From NCBI GenBank assembly GCA_026416665.1, contig JAOAET010000014.1, positions 557-64,556 on the forward strand: 64,000 nucleotides of DNA, in the 5' to 3' direction. Position 1 is the first letter of the stretch. Every line of letters starts with the position of its first letter. This document shows, one piece after another, positions 26,170 to 36,455 of this stretch. Under the pieces are notes generated by a model that had not been told where the DNA came from, searched no databases, and was given only the letters and a program-made list of their open reading frames with translations. A program made the translations under genes and the position numbers. This DNA is from Candidatus Omnitrophota bacterium (GTDB taxonomy: Bacteria > Omnitrophota > Gorgyraeia > Gygaellales > Profunditerraquicolaceae).

Positions 26170-27921
26170 TTACTTTCGGTAGGTAGGTCGCGCTTTATAT
26201 CGTGTATGTAAAAGCTGGTGTGACTTCTGGCTCAACGGTTTTTCTAAGAATTCCTCATAGAGCCTTTTTATATAGGGATTTTGGTGAGAAAATCTTATTT
26301 GTTTTGAGGCATCGTCTTCGTATAAGGCCTGTGCCCGTTTGATTCTGAGTTCATCAGTAACCATATACGGCTGGCCACCTCCTCCGATACAACCTCCAGG
26401 ACACGCCATAACTTCTATAAAGTGATACGGCAAAGCAAGATTATCTCTTTTTGCCTGTCTTACTTTATTTAAAACAAATTCAACATTACTTAATCCATGA
26501 GCAACTGCTACACGAATTTTTTTAGCACCTATTTCTATCTCAGCCTCTTTTATCCCTTTTAGACCGCGCACTTGGTTAAATTCAACATTTTTTAGGTCTT
26601 TACCACAGATAAAATAGTGGGCTGTTCGTAACGCTGCCTCCATAACCCCACCAGTGGCACCAAAAATAACGCCGGCTCCTGAATATTCACCAAGTATTGA
26701 ATCTGCTTCTTCTTCCGGAAGATTCTCGAAATCAATTCCTGCTTGTTTAATCATCCGTGCAAGCTCCCTTGTACATAGAACGATATCTATATCTTGATAT
26801 CCTGAAGCAAACATTTCTTCACTACGGGATATCTCATATTTCTTTGATGTGCAGGGCATAATGGAAACCATCACAATCTTAGCAGGGTCAATCTTATTTT
26901 TCTGAGCATAATAAGTCTTGGATAACACACCTAAAATTTCATGAGGCGACTTACAGGAAGAGAAATGTTCTATCATATCCGTATGAAACTTCTCCATAAA
27001 GTCTACCCAAGAAGGGCAACAGGTAGTAATAAGCGGTAATGGTTTTTCTGCTTTTAAAAGCCTCTCCTCGAACTCACTTGCCTCTTCCATAATAGTTACA
27101 TCGGCAGCAAAGTTGGTATCAAACACCGCCTTAAAACCCAAACGACGTAAAAGTGCATAAAGCTTCTTGGTAAAATTTCTACCTGTATAACCGAATGCCT
27201 CACCAATAGAGGCACGAACAGCTGGAGCAATTTGAACTACACAATATTTCTCTGTATCCTGCAATGCCTCCCAGACCCGAGCAGTATGATCCTGCTCAAC
27301 AATTGCTCCGGTAGGACAATGTGCAGAACACTGTCCACATTTAACACAAGGTGAATCAGCTAATTGAATATCTCCAGCAGGTGATATCCGCGTATGAATT
27401 CCTCTTTCTAAAAACGATAATGCCCAAACATCCTGTAAATTTTGACAGACATGTACACAACGACCACACAGAATACACTTTTGTGGTTCTAAATCAACTG
27501 CGTTTGTAGAGATATCTTTAGGTATATCTCTTAAAAATTGTGGAAATGATTCAGCATTGATACCAAAATCAGCGGTTAACTTTTGCAATTCACAATTGTT
27601 ATTGCGGGCGCACTTTAAACAATCATTGGGGTGGTTAGAAAGAATCAATTCAATAACAGTGCGTCTTATCTCAACAATCTCTGGATCGTGGGTAATAACC
27701 TCCATTGCCTCCTCTAGAGGAGTACAGCAAGCACGTAACATCTTATTAGAACCTTTTACCTTAACAATACAAATCCCACAAGAAGCAGATGGCTCTAAAT
27801 CAGGATGTTTACATAAGGTAGGTATTTTTATCTGAACCTGTTTTGCTGCCTCAAGAATAGTGGTTCCCTCAGGAACCCTTAACAAAATCCCATTTATCTT
27901 TGCTTTTATTACCTTTGCCAT
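26170..27921 (-). CDS. hydA: [FeFe]-hydrogenase catalytic subunit (HydA/HndD-type, with N-terminal 2Fe-2S and 4Fe-4S domains)
   Basis: H-cluster motifs TTCCPSWV (L1), IMPCTSKKYE (L2), EVMACPGGCIGGGGQP (L3). Ferredoxin Cys clusters CILCGRCVHVC and CVKCGQCSAHCP. Confidence 0.9.
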   Translation of the reverse strand: MAKVIKAKINGILLRVPEGTTILEAAKQVQIKIPTLCKHPDLEPSASCGICIVKVKGSNKMLRACCTPLEEAMEVITHDPEIVEIRRTVIELILSNHPNDCLKCARNNNCELQKLTADFGINAESFPQFLRDIPKDISTNAVDLEPQKCILCGRCVHVCQNLQDVWALSFLERGIHTRISPAGDIQLADSPCVKCGQCSAHCPTGAIVEQDHTARVWEALQDTEKYCVVQIAPAVRASIGEAFGYTGRNFTKKLYALLRRLGFKAVFDTNFAADVTIMEEASEFEERLLKAEKPLPLITTCCPSWVDFMEKFHTDMIEHFSSCKSPHEILGVLSKTYYAQKNKIDPAKIVMVSIMPCTSKKYEISRSEEMFASGYQDIDIVLCTRELARMIKQAGIDFENLPEEEADSILGEYSGAGVIFGATGGVMEAALRTAHYFICGKDLKNVEFNQVRGLKGIKEAEIEIGAKKIRVAVAHGLSNVEFVLNKVRQAKRDNLALPYHFIEVMACPGGCIGGGGQPYMVTDELRIKRAQALYEDDASKQIRFSHQNPYIKRLYEEFLEKPLSQKSHQLLHTRYKARPTYRK

Positions 27922-27925
27922 ATTT

Positions 27926-29668
27926 TTATTTTCGAGCTATTGCCTTGAATTTACAAACCTCAAAACACCGTCCACATTTAATACAAGTATCAACATTAAT
28001 AGAAAAACCTGTCTCTCTACTACCTGCTATAGCTTTGACTGGACACTGATTTACACAGACTGTACACCGTTTACATTTCTCTTGGATAATCGTATAATTT
28101 AAAAGCTCTACACATTTTGCTGCGCGACAGTATCTTTCATCAATATGTTCTTTATATTCGTTTTCAAAATAACGCAGGGTAGAAAGAACGGGATTTGCTG
28201 CTGTTTGTCCTAGTCCACAAAGAGAAGCCTTTTGCATAGCAAAGGCTATACGTTTTAATAGCGATATATCAGCAGATTTACCTTTACCACTAGCAATACG
28301 CTCTAATACTTTAAGCATCTGAAAACCACCGATACGACACGGTGCACATTTACCACAAGATTCATCAACACAAAATCCAAGATAGAACCTAGCAATATCT
28401 ACCATACAGTCATCTTCGTCCATTACAATCATTCCACCTGAACCCATAATAGAACCTAGCTTCTGTAAATTTTCATAGTCAACTGGAGTATCTAAATATT
28501 CTTCAGGAACCACACCTCCAGACGGCCCACCTGTTTGAACAGCCTTTATAGGTTTTCCTGAGATAGTTCCACCCCCAATATCATAGACAATTTCGCGTAG
28601 AGTAATTCCCATCGGAACCTCTACCAACCCAGAATTTTTTACCTTTCCAGTCAAAGCAAAAACTTTTGTTCCTTTAGAAGTAGCTGTTCCAATCTTTGCG
28701 AAATTATCTGCTCCCTCTAAAATAATATAGGGCACATTAGCAAGGGTCTCTACATTATTTATTGCTGTAGGTTTGTCCCAAAGCCCTTTTACTGAAGGAT
28801 AAGGTGGTCTTGGTCGGGGTGTACCTCGTTTACCTTCTATAGAAGCAATAAGCGCTGTTTCTTCTCCACAAACAAAAGCACCAGCTCCCAGACGAATTTC
28901 TATATCAAAATCAAAATCCGTCCCTAAAATACTTTTCCCTAGTAACCCATATTCATATGCCTGACTAATAGCTAAACGAATACGTTCCACCGCTAAAGGA
29001 TATTCCGCCCGAATATAAAAATACCCACGAGAAGCACCTATGGTATAGGCAGCAATTATTAAGCCTTCTACTACTGAATGTGGATCACCTTCTAACACTG
29101 ACCTATCCATATACGCACCAGGGTCTCCTTCATCTGCATTACAGATAACATATTTTTGTTCTGCGGTGACCTGGCGTGTAAATTTCCATTTTAACCAAGT
29201 AGGGTATCCGGCACCACCTCTTCCGCGCAGTCCAGATTTTTTCATCTCCTCAATTACTGCGTCTGGTGTCATCTCCAACAGAACCTTTTTCAAAGCAAGA
29301 TATCCACCTTTAGCAATATAATCCTCTATTGACTCGGGATTTATCCTACCACAATTACGTAAGACAATGCGTAGCTGTTTAGAAGGTTTCTTATAAAGTA
29401 AGTCTTCTATAACTTTTGATTCTTTTATCGTGGTATCAATAATACGTGAAAAATCTTCTTCTTTTACATTGGCATAAAGGACATTGTCAGGAAGGATTTC
29501 TATTACAATACCCTGGTTATAAATGCCGATATCCGCAACACGAACTACCTGCACTTGGTCTTGAAGATTGTGATTACGTATTAGGTCAATAAAAACACTA
29601 TAAACTTGACGAGTTCTTTCTTCAGTGTCGGCACCTGTATCTTTTAAAAAAACTGTTTTGGTGTACAT
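27926..29668 (-). CDS. hydB: NuoF-like NAD(P)H-binding flavoprotein subunit of hydrogenase (HydB/HndC)
   Basis: [16 protein letters not shown]; [10 protein letters not shown]; C-terminal 2x[4Fe-4S] [12 protein letters not shown] / [11 protein letters not shown]. Confidence 0.85.
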   Translation of the reverse strand: MYTKTVFLKDTGADTEERTRQVYSVFIDLIRNHNLQDQVQVVRVADIGIYNQGIVIEILPDNVLYANVKEEDFSRIIDTTIKESKVIEDLLYKKPSKQLRIVLRNCGRINPESIEDYIAKGGYLALKKVLLEMTPDAVIEEMKKSGLRGRGGAGYPTWLKWKFTRQVTAEQKYVICNADEGDPGAYMDRSVLEGDPHSVVEGLIIAAYTIGASRGYFYIRAEYPLAVERIRLAISQAYEYGLLGKSILGTDFDFDIEIRLGAGAFVCGEETALIASIEGKRGTPRPRPPYPSVKGLWDKPTAINNVETLANVPYIILEGADNFAKIGTATSKGTKVFALTGKVKNSGLVEVPMGITLREIVYDIGGGTISGKPIKAVQTGGPSGGVVPEEYLDTPVDYENLQKLGSIMGSGGMIVMDEDDCMVDIARFYLGFCVDESCGKCAPCRIGGFQMLKVLERIASGKGKSADISLLKRIAFAMQKASLCGLGQTAANPVLSTLRYFENEYKEHIDERYCRAAKCVELLNYTIIQEKCKRCTVCVNQCPVKAIAGSRETGFSINVDTCIKCGRCFEVCKFKAIARK

Positions 29669-29670
29669 TG

Positions 29671-30021
29671 TTATTCTACTTGAAAAGTAAAAATATAATC
29701 ATTTACTAACATCTTGGAAACAACGTGTTTTTCCAGTATCTTCAAAGCAACTTCAGGATTCACTTTTCCATAAATAACTGTGGGAACACCCTCTACCTGA
29801 ACCTCCACCAGGGGCTCAGCATAACACATTCCTAAACAACCACATTTTTCCACAGAAACAGGCAACCCACGTTTTGATACTTCTTCTTTTAATACTGAAT
29901 AAACTTGCTGTGCACCAGCAGCAATACCACAGGAAGACATACCCACACGAATTAAATTACCTTGCTGCTGCTTTTTCTGTTTATGTAACTGCTCTAATTT
30001 TTGCGGAGTCAACTTTTCCAT
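29671..30021 (-). CDS. small thioredoxin-like [2Fe-2S] ferredoxin subunit (HndB-like)
   Basis: 116 aa with [10 protein letters not shown]...[13 protein letters not shown]. Confidence 0.6.
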   Translation of the reverse strand: MEKLTPQKLEQLHKQKKQQQGNLIRVGMSSCGIAAGAQQVYSVLKEEVSKRGLPVSVEKCGCLGMCYAEPLVEVQVEGVPTVIYGKVNPEVALKILEKHVVSKMLVNDYIFTFQVE

Positions 30022-30052
30022 TTAACTTATCAAAAACTTAATTTAAAATAAT

Positions 30053-30526
30053 CTACTCTTTGACATAGCTAGAAAGGATATCCATTATATCTTGTTTTCT
30101 TACTTTTCCGTAGACTTTATCATCAATCATCATTACTGGTGCTAAACCACAGCATCCTAAACAGCGCACAACATTAAGTTGAAAATTCCCATCTTTGGTT
30201 GTTTGCCCCTCTTCAATATGCAATATATTTTTTATCTCTTTAATAAGCTCTGGAGCACCCTTAAGATAACAGGCAGTTCCCATACACACACTAATACGAT
30301 GTTTACCCGGTGCGGAAAGTTTAAAATAGTTATAAAAGGTAAGCACTTCATAAATACGTGCTAGAGGGATATCTAAAAGTGCAGAGACATCTAAAGCTAC
30401 CTGACGCGGCACATAGCCGTGGTGATTCTGTATCTCATGGAGAATCATAATAAGATTCCCCTCTTTATCTTTCCATCTCTCTACTAACTGTTTTACCTCA
30501 TCAGTTAATAAGGTATGTCTTTCCAT
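30053..30526 (-). CDS. hydC: NuoE-like [2Fe-2S] subunit of hydrogenase (HydC/HndA)
   Basis: CMGTACYLKGAPEL...CLGCCGLAPVMMID. Confidence 0.8.
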   Translation of the reverse strand: MERHTLLTDEVKQLVERWKDKEGNLIMILHEIQNHHGYVPRQVALDVSALLDIPLARIYEVLTFYNYFKLSAPGKHRISVCMGTACYLKGAPELIKEIKNILHIEEGQTTKDGNFQLNVVRCLGCCGLAPVMMIDDKVYGKVRKQDIMDILSSYVKE

Positions 30527-30756
30527 ATAAATCCTTCTTTAAACAAAAAATTAATGATAAATTATAGAAATATAAATTTAGCATAACTGAGAAAAAAATC
30601 AAGTTTTTTGTTCGCAAGGAAAAATAGATAGGGCTTGTTCTCTTTGCTAATTATAAATGTTTTTTTGTTTTCCTTAGATTTGTCAAGCTGATACTTATAT
30701 CAAAAAAAAGGCGCCTTTTTAAAATAGAAAAGACGCCTCTGTTATAACCAAATACT

Positions 30757-32397
30757 TTAAGATTTTAAAATCCTTTTGGCTACCTTGTCCCCTACCTCAG
30801 TAATAAAAGGTATACCTGTTTCTTTTTCGGTTTCACGGTTACAAGAAGCTATATCTTCTCTTGATATTTCCTTAATAGAGAATTTTCTTGCTCCAGCCAG
30901 CAATTGTTGGACACCCGCAGCTAACTTATCCGCTAATGTCCAGACGGCAATAGCTCCATAAGGAATATTTTTCATTTCGTCCTTACCAACCTTCTTCTGC
31001 ACGTCATAATAACCAGCAAATATCGCTTCGGCAGAGGAACCAAACTCTGCCACAGCAGGAGGCAATTTCTCCCAATTTCCTTTAACTTTTTCTTTTCTTT
31101 CAGGATGAAGTACTCCTTCAATATTTGCTCCCAAAAATCCCGGAATCATTAAAGCTCTACCCATACAGACAAGTTTGGTATAAGGAGCACCTAGGGCAAG
31201 TGCCTTAAAAATATGATCTTCTCTTGCAAAACCACCAGCAAAAGCCATATCCACAGGTTTTTTGTCTTTTTTCGCTAATAAAGAGGCGTATTCATATGCC
31301 TTGGCATGTAAAAAGATAGAAGGCACACCCCAAGTTTGCATCATATTCCACGGTGACATTCCTGTTCCGCCACCCGAACCGTCAATAGTTAGAAGATCAA
31401 GCTTCAAGTCAGTGGCAAATTTTATTGCCATTGCCAAGGCCTCCATACCATAAGAGCCAGTTTTTAATGAGATTCGTTTATATCCAAGTTTACGTAAATA
31501 TTTGACTTGTTTAGAAAGATTTTCATAAACATCTTCCCAAGAAGAACAATTAGTGTAACCCAAGCGGGAGTGTCTGGCAAAAGATTTAATTGCTCCTGAC
31601 TTAAATGCCTCTTGCACTTCAGGTAGCGTTGGATCAGGATCAACCACATAGCCGCGTTTTTTAAGAAATAACGCATACTCTAAGTCCGTAACTTGAATTT
31701 CTCCTCCTATATCTTTTGCACCTTGTCCCCACTTAAGTTCCATAATTACTTTATCAGCGTATTTTTCAATAACATACTCGGCTACACCATTTCTTGTATC
31801 TTCTACATTCATTTGAACGAGGATTGCTCCATAGCCATCAAAATATCGTAAGTAAGTTTGAATCCTACGGTCCAATTCAGGGGCTTTAAGGATTTTACCA
31901 TTTTTTATCTCAGCTTGACGGTCAATGCCCACTACGTTTTCTCCTACCACAATAGGAAACCCTACTAAACTGGCACCAACTGCAAAAGATTCCCAGTATT
32001 TGGCAGCAATAAAAGTTGAACCTAAAGCACCAGTCATTATCGGTACTCTTACTTTTGTCTTAACACTGGCACCAAACTCCGTTTCCAAACTAACATTGGG
32101 AAAAATACAATCATCTTCACAATTGGATAATCCCTTCGGTAATCCCTGGGCACCGTAGAGATAACCATTTATCCTCAAAGAGTTGTATGATACCCCCAAA
32201 TGAACAGTGTTATCTGCTCCTGCAGTAACAAAACCAAAATCCCTTGGGTAAATTAACTTTCGACCACGTAAAGAAGAAAGCCATGTTTCACATTTACCCA
32301 TACAGTCGGCACGGCATAAGGTACAAAGTCCTGATTCTGCGGGATTACCCCGATTAACTGTTCCCAAGACATCATTAGATTTTGGCCATGAAATCAT
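30757..32397 (-). CDS. FMN-binding glutamate-synthase-domain family protein (GltB domain 2-like) with N-terminal Cys cluster
   Basis: DGSGGGTGMSPWNMMQTWGVP; CTLCRADCMGKCETW. Confidence 0.6.
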   Translation of the reverse strand: MISWPKSNDVLGTVNRGNPAESGLCTLCRADCMGKCETWLSSLRGRKLIYPRDFGFVTAGADNTVHLGVSYNSLRINGYLYGAQGLPKGLSNCEDDCIFPNVSLETEFGASVKTKVRVPIMTGALGSTFIAAKYWESFAVGASLVGFPIVVGENVVGIDRQAEIKNGKILKAPELDRRIQTYLRYFDGYGAILVQMNVEDTRNGVAEYVIEKYADKVIMELKWGQGAKDIGGEIQVTDLEYALFLKKRGYVVDPDPTLPEVQEAFKSGAIKSFARHSRLGYTNCSSWEDVYENLSKQVKYLRKLGYKRISLKTGSYGMEALAMAIKFATDLKLDLLTIDGSGGGTGMSPWNMMQTWGVPSIFLHAKAYEYASLLAKKDKKPVDMAFAGGFAREDHIFKALALGAPYTKLVCMGRALMIPGFLGANIEGVLHPERKEKVKGNWEKLPPAVAEFGSSAEAIFAGYYDVQKKVGKDEMKNIPYGAIAVWTLADKLAAGVQQLLAGARKFSIKEISREDIASCNRETEKETGIPFITEVGDKVAKRILKS

Positions 32398-32471
32398 CTC
32401 GCCTCCTTTGTTATCAAGTCCCTAAGACAGATAAAATAAAAAGTTTTACTTTAACCATAATAGTTTGACGC

Positions 32472-32515
32472 TTTTATTTTTTTATTTTTTTATTTTTTAT
32501 TTTCTAATTTTTTAA
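32472..32515. repeat. phased (T5-7A)n tract in intergenic region
   Basis: ttttatttttttatttttttattttttatttt read directly. Likely curved-DNA or UP-element-like promoter context for the gltS-like gene. Confidence 0.5.
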
Positions 32516-32551
32516 ACAATAACATAAAGTTGTAATATGTCAAGTTTTTTG

Positions 32552-33526
32552 TTAATTACTAATTAATTTTCTTATCGCATTTTCCACCTCATCCACAGTA
32601 ATTCGTTGTAAACATTCTTGACTTTGAAAAGGACAAAATGGCTTCTCACAGGGTCTGCATTGCAGTTGACTTTTTACAACTATTGACTGAGCAGACCATG
32701 GCCCATAACGCTGTTCAGAAGTAGGACCAAAGATTGTTACTACAGCAAGGTCAAGATAACTAGCCAGATGAGAAATTGCGCTGTCATTGGTAACTACCAC
32801 CTTACAACGACTTAATAAATAAGCTGTCTGTCTTAAGTTAGTGCAAGCAGTAAGATCAACGAATTCAACACTACTATATTGCTTAACCTGGGCACTTATT
32901 GGAATATCTTGCTGGTCTCCAATTAGAATAATGCGGGCATTATATTTTTTAGTTAATCTTTCTGCTAACTGAGCATAATTATGGCTTGACCAACGTTTTA
33001 AACTACTACGACTTCCACAAGCAAAAGCAATTAATATATCTTTTAATGTATTTTGACATTGACCAAGTAACTTATCAACATACTCTTTGTCATCTTCAGA
33101 GAAAATAGGCATTTTACTTTGCATACTTTCCTGTTCTGTAAAAAACTCCTTTCCTAAAGCAGACAATTTATAGAGATGGCGCTGACTCATATGCATAATA
33201 TTTTTAGGAATCCGTAAAAAAGGTGATGTTTTTTTGGGTGCTTTTATTAACCAACCAAAAAGACTATTCCTTAAATCAACCACAACGTCAAAACGTTTTT
33301 TCTGTAATTGTTGCAATATTTGCATCTGATAGACAAAACCTTTGTGCTTTTCATAAGGTATGATATGCTTTACTTGAGGAATTTCTTTAAACAATTCTGC
33401 AGCTCTATACCCACAAAGTACAGTAAAATTTACTTGATTAAGAACCTGGGATAATCTATTCAATACCGGAAGTGTTAAGATTACATCCCCAACATTAGTA
33501 AGCGTTATAAAAAGAATCTCTTGCAT
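32552..33526 (-). CDS. glycosyltransferase family 9 (LPS heptosyltransferase-like)
   Basis: ILFITLTNVGDVILTLPVLNRL; GPTSEQRYGPW. Confidence 0.75.
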   Translation of the reverse strand: MQEILFITLTNVGDVILTLPVLNRLSQVLNQVNFTVLCGYRAAELFKEIPQVKHIIPYEKHKGFVYQMQILQQLQKKRFDVVVDLRNSLFGWLIKAPKKTSPFLRIPKNIMHMSQRHLYKLSALGKEFFTEQESMQSKMPIFSEDDKEYVDKLLGQCQNTLKDILIAFACGSRSSLKRWSSHNYAQLAERLTKKYNARIILIGDQQDIPISAQVKQYSSVEFVDLTACTNLRQTAYLLSRCKVVVTNDSAISHLASYLDLAVVTIFGPTSEQRYGPWSAQSIVVKSQLQCRPCEKPFCPFQSQECLQRITVDEVENAIRKLISN

Positions 33527-33536
33527 ATTACAGCAT

Positions 33537-34577
33537 TTAGCATTTAGCTAGCAACTTTTGCACTGTCTGCCAAACTTGATCTACGGTAATCGCTTTCATA
33601 CAACGGTAATCTTTACAGGATAGATTATAACAGGGTAAAGAACAACCAATTTTTTTCTGTAAAATTACAACTCTATCTAATGGATAGGGGCCAGTTAAAG
33701 AAGGATCGGTTGGCCCGAATAAGGCAATTATGCGGGGACAACCGCAGGCATTGGCAATATGCAAAGGGCCTGAATCAGCACTAATAAAAAGAGTTGAAAC
33801 CCTTGTTAAAACTCCAAATTGCTTAAGTGAAAGCTTACCACTTGCAATAATAGGGCTACTTGCCATCTTTTGCGCAATTTCCTCTGCCAGGGGTAACTCA
33901 GTGTTACTGCCAGTAATAATTATTTTTGCCTTATAAGTTTTTATTATGCGGTCAGCTAGTTCCGCATAATAACCAATAGGCCAGCGTTTAGGCTGCCAGT
34001 TTCCACCTGGATGGATAGTGACAATTAAATCTTCTTCTCCTAACCCTTGTTTTTTTAAAAATTCCTCTGTCTGCTTTATATCTTCATCTTTACAGTTAAA
34101 TTCTAAGAAACGGTCTATTATGGTAAGACCTGCTTTATGAAAAAGATTTAAATAATAATCGATTCGGTGAGTAGTCAAAATATCAGGAGCAACAAAACGT
34201 TGCGTAAGTAAAAATCCACCTTTTTTAGAGTAGTAACCAATACGGTTAGGTATACCTGCCAGAAAAACTAATAACTTCCTTGTAAAGGAACGATGCAACA
34301 AGAAACAAGTATCAAAATGTTTCTTACGAAGATAACTGACAAAACGTAATTTTCCAATTACGCCTTTATGCTCTTTGTCCTCATCGAAAACAATTATCTC
34401 GTCTATATTGGGATTACACTCCAATACTTGCTTGCAGCGCGGTGGCACTATACAAGCAATAAAACTTTGGGGATAGTTATAACGTAGTGTTCTAAAACAA
34501 GCAGTAGAAAACAAAACGTCACCTATCCAATTGACGTTAAACACTAAAATGCGCTGAGGAAAGTTTTGTCTATCCAT
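33537..34577 (-). CDS. glycosyltransferase family 9 (LPS heptosyltransferase-like)
   Basis: RILVFNVNWIGDVLFSTACFRTL; ISADSGPLHIANACGCPRIIALFGPTDP. Confidence 0.75.
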   Translation of the reverse strand: MDRQNFPQRILVFNVNWIGDVLFSTACFRTLRYNYPQSFIACIVPPRCKQVLECNPNIDEIIVFDEDKEHKGVIGKLRFVSYLRKKHFDTCFLLHRSFTRKLLVFLAGIPNRIGYYSKKGGFLLTQRFVAPDILTTHRIDYYLNLFHKAGLTIIDRFLEFNCKDEDIKQTEEFLKKQGLGEEDLIVTIHPGGNWQPKRWPIGYYAELADRIIKTYKAKIIITGSNTELPLAEEIAQKMASSPIIASGKLSLKQFGVLTRVSTLFISADSGPLHIANACGCPRIIALFGPTDPSLTGPYPLDRVVILQKKIGCSLPCYNLSCKDYRCMKAITVDQVWQTVQKLLAKC

Positions 34578-35364
34578 TTTTCCCAGTCTGTAGACTCCTA
34601 AACATGTTATAGTAACCGCTTGTTTTGAACCAAAATAAAAAGAGATTAGATGCTGTCTCAGAAATACGTATTCTTCTTAACGCAAAAAAATCATAAGGGC
34701 AGTAATATCTGGTGGGCTTGGAAGCCACAGCCAAAAGATACCCTTTTTCCTGAACCATTTTTTTTATCTTCTGATTAAACCTACCAAAAGGATAAGCAAA
34801 AGCAATCACAGGCTTACCTAAGATATCTTCAAGTTGATTCTTGGAATCACATATTTCCTGCATAATTTTTTCTTCGTCGTTTAATTCAGTTAAATACGGA
34901 TGGCTTAAAGTATGACTACCAAAGCTTACCAGCCCTGAATCCTGCATCTGACGTATCTGCTCTTCTGTTAAAAAACCAGGTTTTCCTATGGCATCTACAA
35001 TTAAGAAGACAGTTACCGGTATCTGATATTTTTTAATGATTGGAAACGCATAGATGAAATTATCTTCATGTCCATCGTCAAACGTAATTGCTACTGTTTT
35101 TAAAGGCAACCTTTTTTTATTCCTTAAATAATCAACAACTTCTTCTAAAGTAAGTACCCTATAATTATTCCGAACCAAGAATGACATTTGACGCTCAAAA
35201 CTTGCTACAGAGACAGAAATTCTATCGTGTCTTTCTACTTCCGGCTTTATGGAGTGATACATAAGAATAGGTATAACATATTGGCTGCGCAAGAATACAA
35301 TGGTAGAAAGTATAATTACTAAAAATAAGCCTAAAAAGAAAAATTTCTTTTTTTCTCTAAACAT
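34570..35364 (-). CDS. polysaccharide deacetylase (NodB-homology)
   Basis: AITFDDGHEDNFIYAFPIIKKYQIPVTVFL; SHTLSHPYL. Confidence 0.75.
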   Translation of the reverse strand: MFREKKKFFFLGLFLVIILSTIVFLRSQYVIPILMYHSIKPEVERHDRISVSVASFERQMSFLVRNNYRVLTLEEVVDYLRNKKRLPLKTVAITFDDGHEDNFIYAFPIIKKYQIPVTVFLIVDAIGKPGFLTEEQIRQMQDSGLVSFGSHTLSHPYLTELNDEEKIMQEICDSKNQLEDILGKPVIAFAYPFGRFNQKIKKMVQEKGYLLAVASKPTRYYCPYDFFALRRIRISETASNLFLFWFKTSGYYNMFRSLQTGKNG

Positions 35365-36449
35365 AATCTGTATACCTTTTCTGTTTCTTCCACCATCTTG
35401 TCTGTGGAAAAATTGTCTGTTATAAACTTTTGTGCATTTCTTCCCATAATTGCTGCCTCAACCGGATGTGTAAGAATATATTGTAACGCCTCTGCCAGCG
35501 CTTGACTATTTTGCGGCTGAACCAATAAGCCGTTTTCTTTATTTTTTATAAGATTACGAATTCCTCCAACATCTGAACCGATTACCGGTTTTGCCCAAGC
35601 CATTGCCTCCATAAGGCTTAAACCTAACCCCTCTTTAAGTGAGGGCATAACAAATACATCTATACAATAAAAGACCTTCCAGATATCTCTTATATTTCCT
35701 AAAAATTTTACTCTGGTAGACAGCCCTAGTGTTTCTACCTTTTGTTCTAATAAGGGTCTGATTCGTCCCTCTCCCACAATTAAAAGCTGAGCTTCGGGGA
35801 ATTCTTTTTGTATTTGCCCAAAGGCCTCCAATAAGTAGATATGGCCTTTTACCTCAGAAAGACGTCCGATAATCCCTATAACTGGCCCTTCCATTAGTCC
35901 AAGTTGCTTTTTTGCCTTACACTGGGAAACGTTTTCTTTTAGACGAATACGTTCCATATCAATGGCATTATAGATTAGGTAGACTCTATCCTCAGATGCA
36001 GACATTTCTTTAATCAGATGTTTTTTCACTGCTTCGCTGACAGCTATGACAGCATCAGGCCAACAAGGAAATAAACGCCGACCAAGACGATTCTTAAAAA
36101 ACCCATGCCAAGTACTTACATGGGCAACCTTAAATCTTTTAGATAATAAATACCCTAAAACTTGAGTAACTCGTGTATTGGAGTGAATAACTTCTATATT
36201 GTACTGCCTGATAAAACGCCTTAATATCCAAAAGCTTCTTCCTAATTTTAACAAGTTTACTTCGCACTTTGTGTTTATAGGAATAGGAATAAAAATTGCC
36301 CCTTGCTCTGTAAAAGAAATAGCTCCTTCACCGAAATTAGCCGCAATATAAACTGAATGTCGCCTTAGCTTTAAACCTTTAATAATGGTCAAAAGATAGC
36401 TTGTAATGCCACCAATATTTAGGTGATTAGTAAGAAAAAGTATGTTCAT
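35331..36449 (-). CDS. glycosyltransferase family 4 (GT-B, group 1)
   Basis: N-terminal GGITSYLLTI and C-terminal EGLGLSLMEAMAWAKPVIGSDVGG. Confidence 0.75.
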   Translation of the reverse strand: MNILFLTNHLNIGGITSYLLTIIKGLKLRRHSVYIAANFGEGAISFTEQGAIFIPIPINTKCEVNLLKLGRSFWILRRFIRQYNIEVIHSNTRVTQVLGYLLSKRFKVAHVSTWHGFFKNRLGRRLFPCWPDAVIAVSEAVKKHLIKEMSASEDRVYLIYNAIDMERIRLKENVSQCKAKKQLGLMEGPVIGIIGRLSEVKGHIYLLEAFGQIQKEFPEAQLLIVGEGRIRPLLEQKVETLGLSTRVKFLGNIRDIWKVFYCIDVFVMPSLKEGLGLSLMEAMAWAKPVIGSDVGGIRNLIKNKENGLLVQPQNSQALAEALQYILTHPVEAAIMGRNAQKFITDNFSTDKMVEETEKVYRLCLEKKRNFSF

Positions 36450-36455
36450 AATATT

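Noticed and set aside
30690-30725. AAAAAGGCGCCTTTTT palindrome downstream of the gltS-like gene, considered as an intrinsic terminator
   Set aside because: The palindrome has no loop. The only feasible stem is 5–6 A-U pairs around GCGC, too weak to call. It is kept only as a remote possibility.
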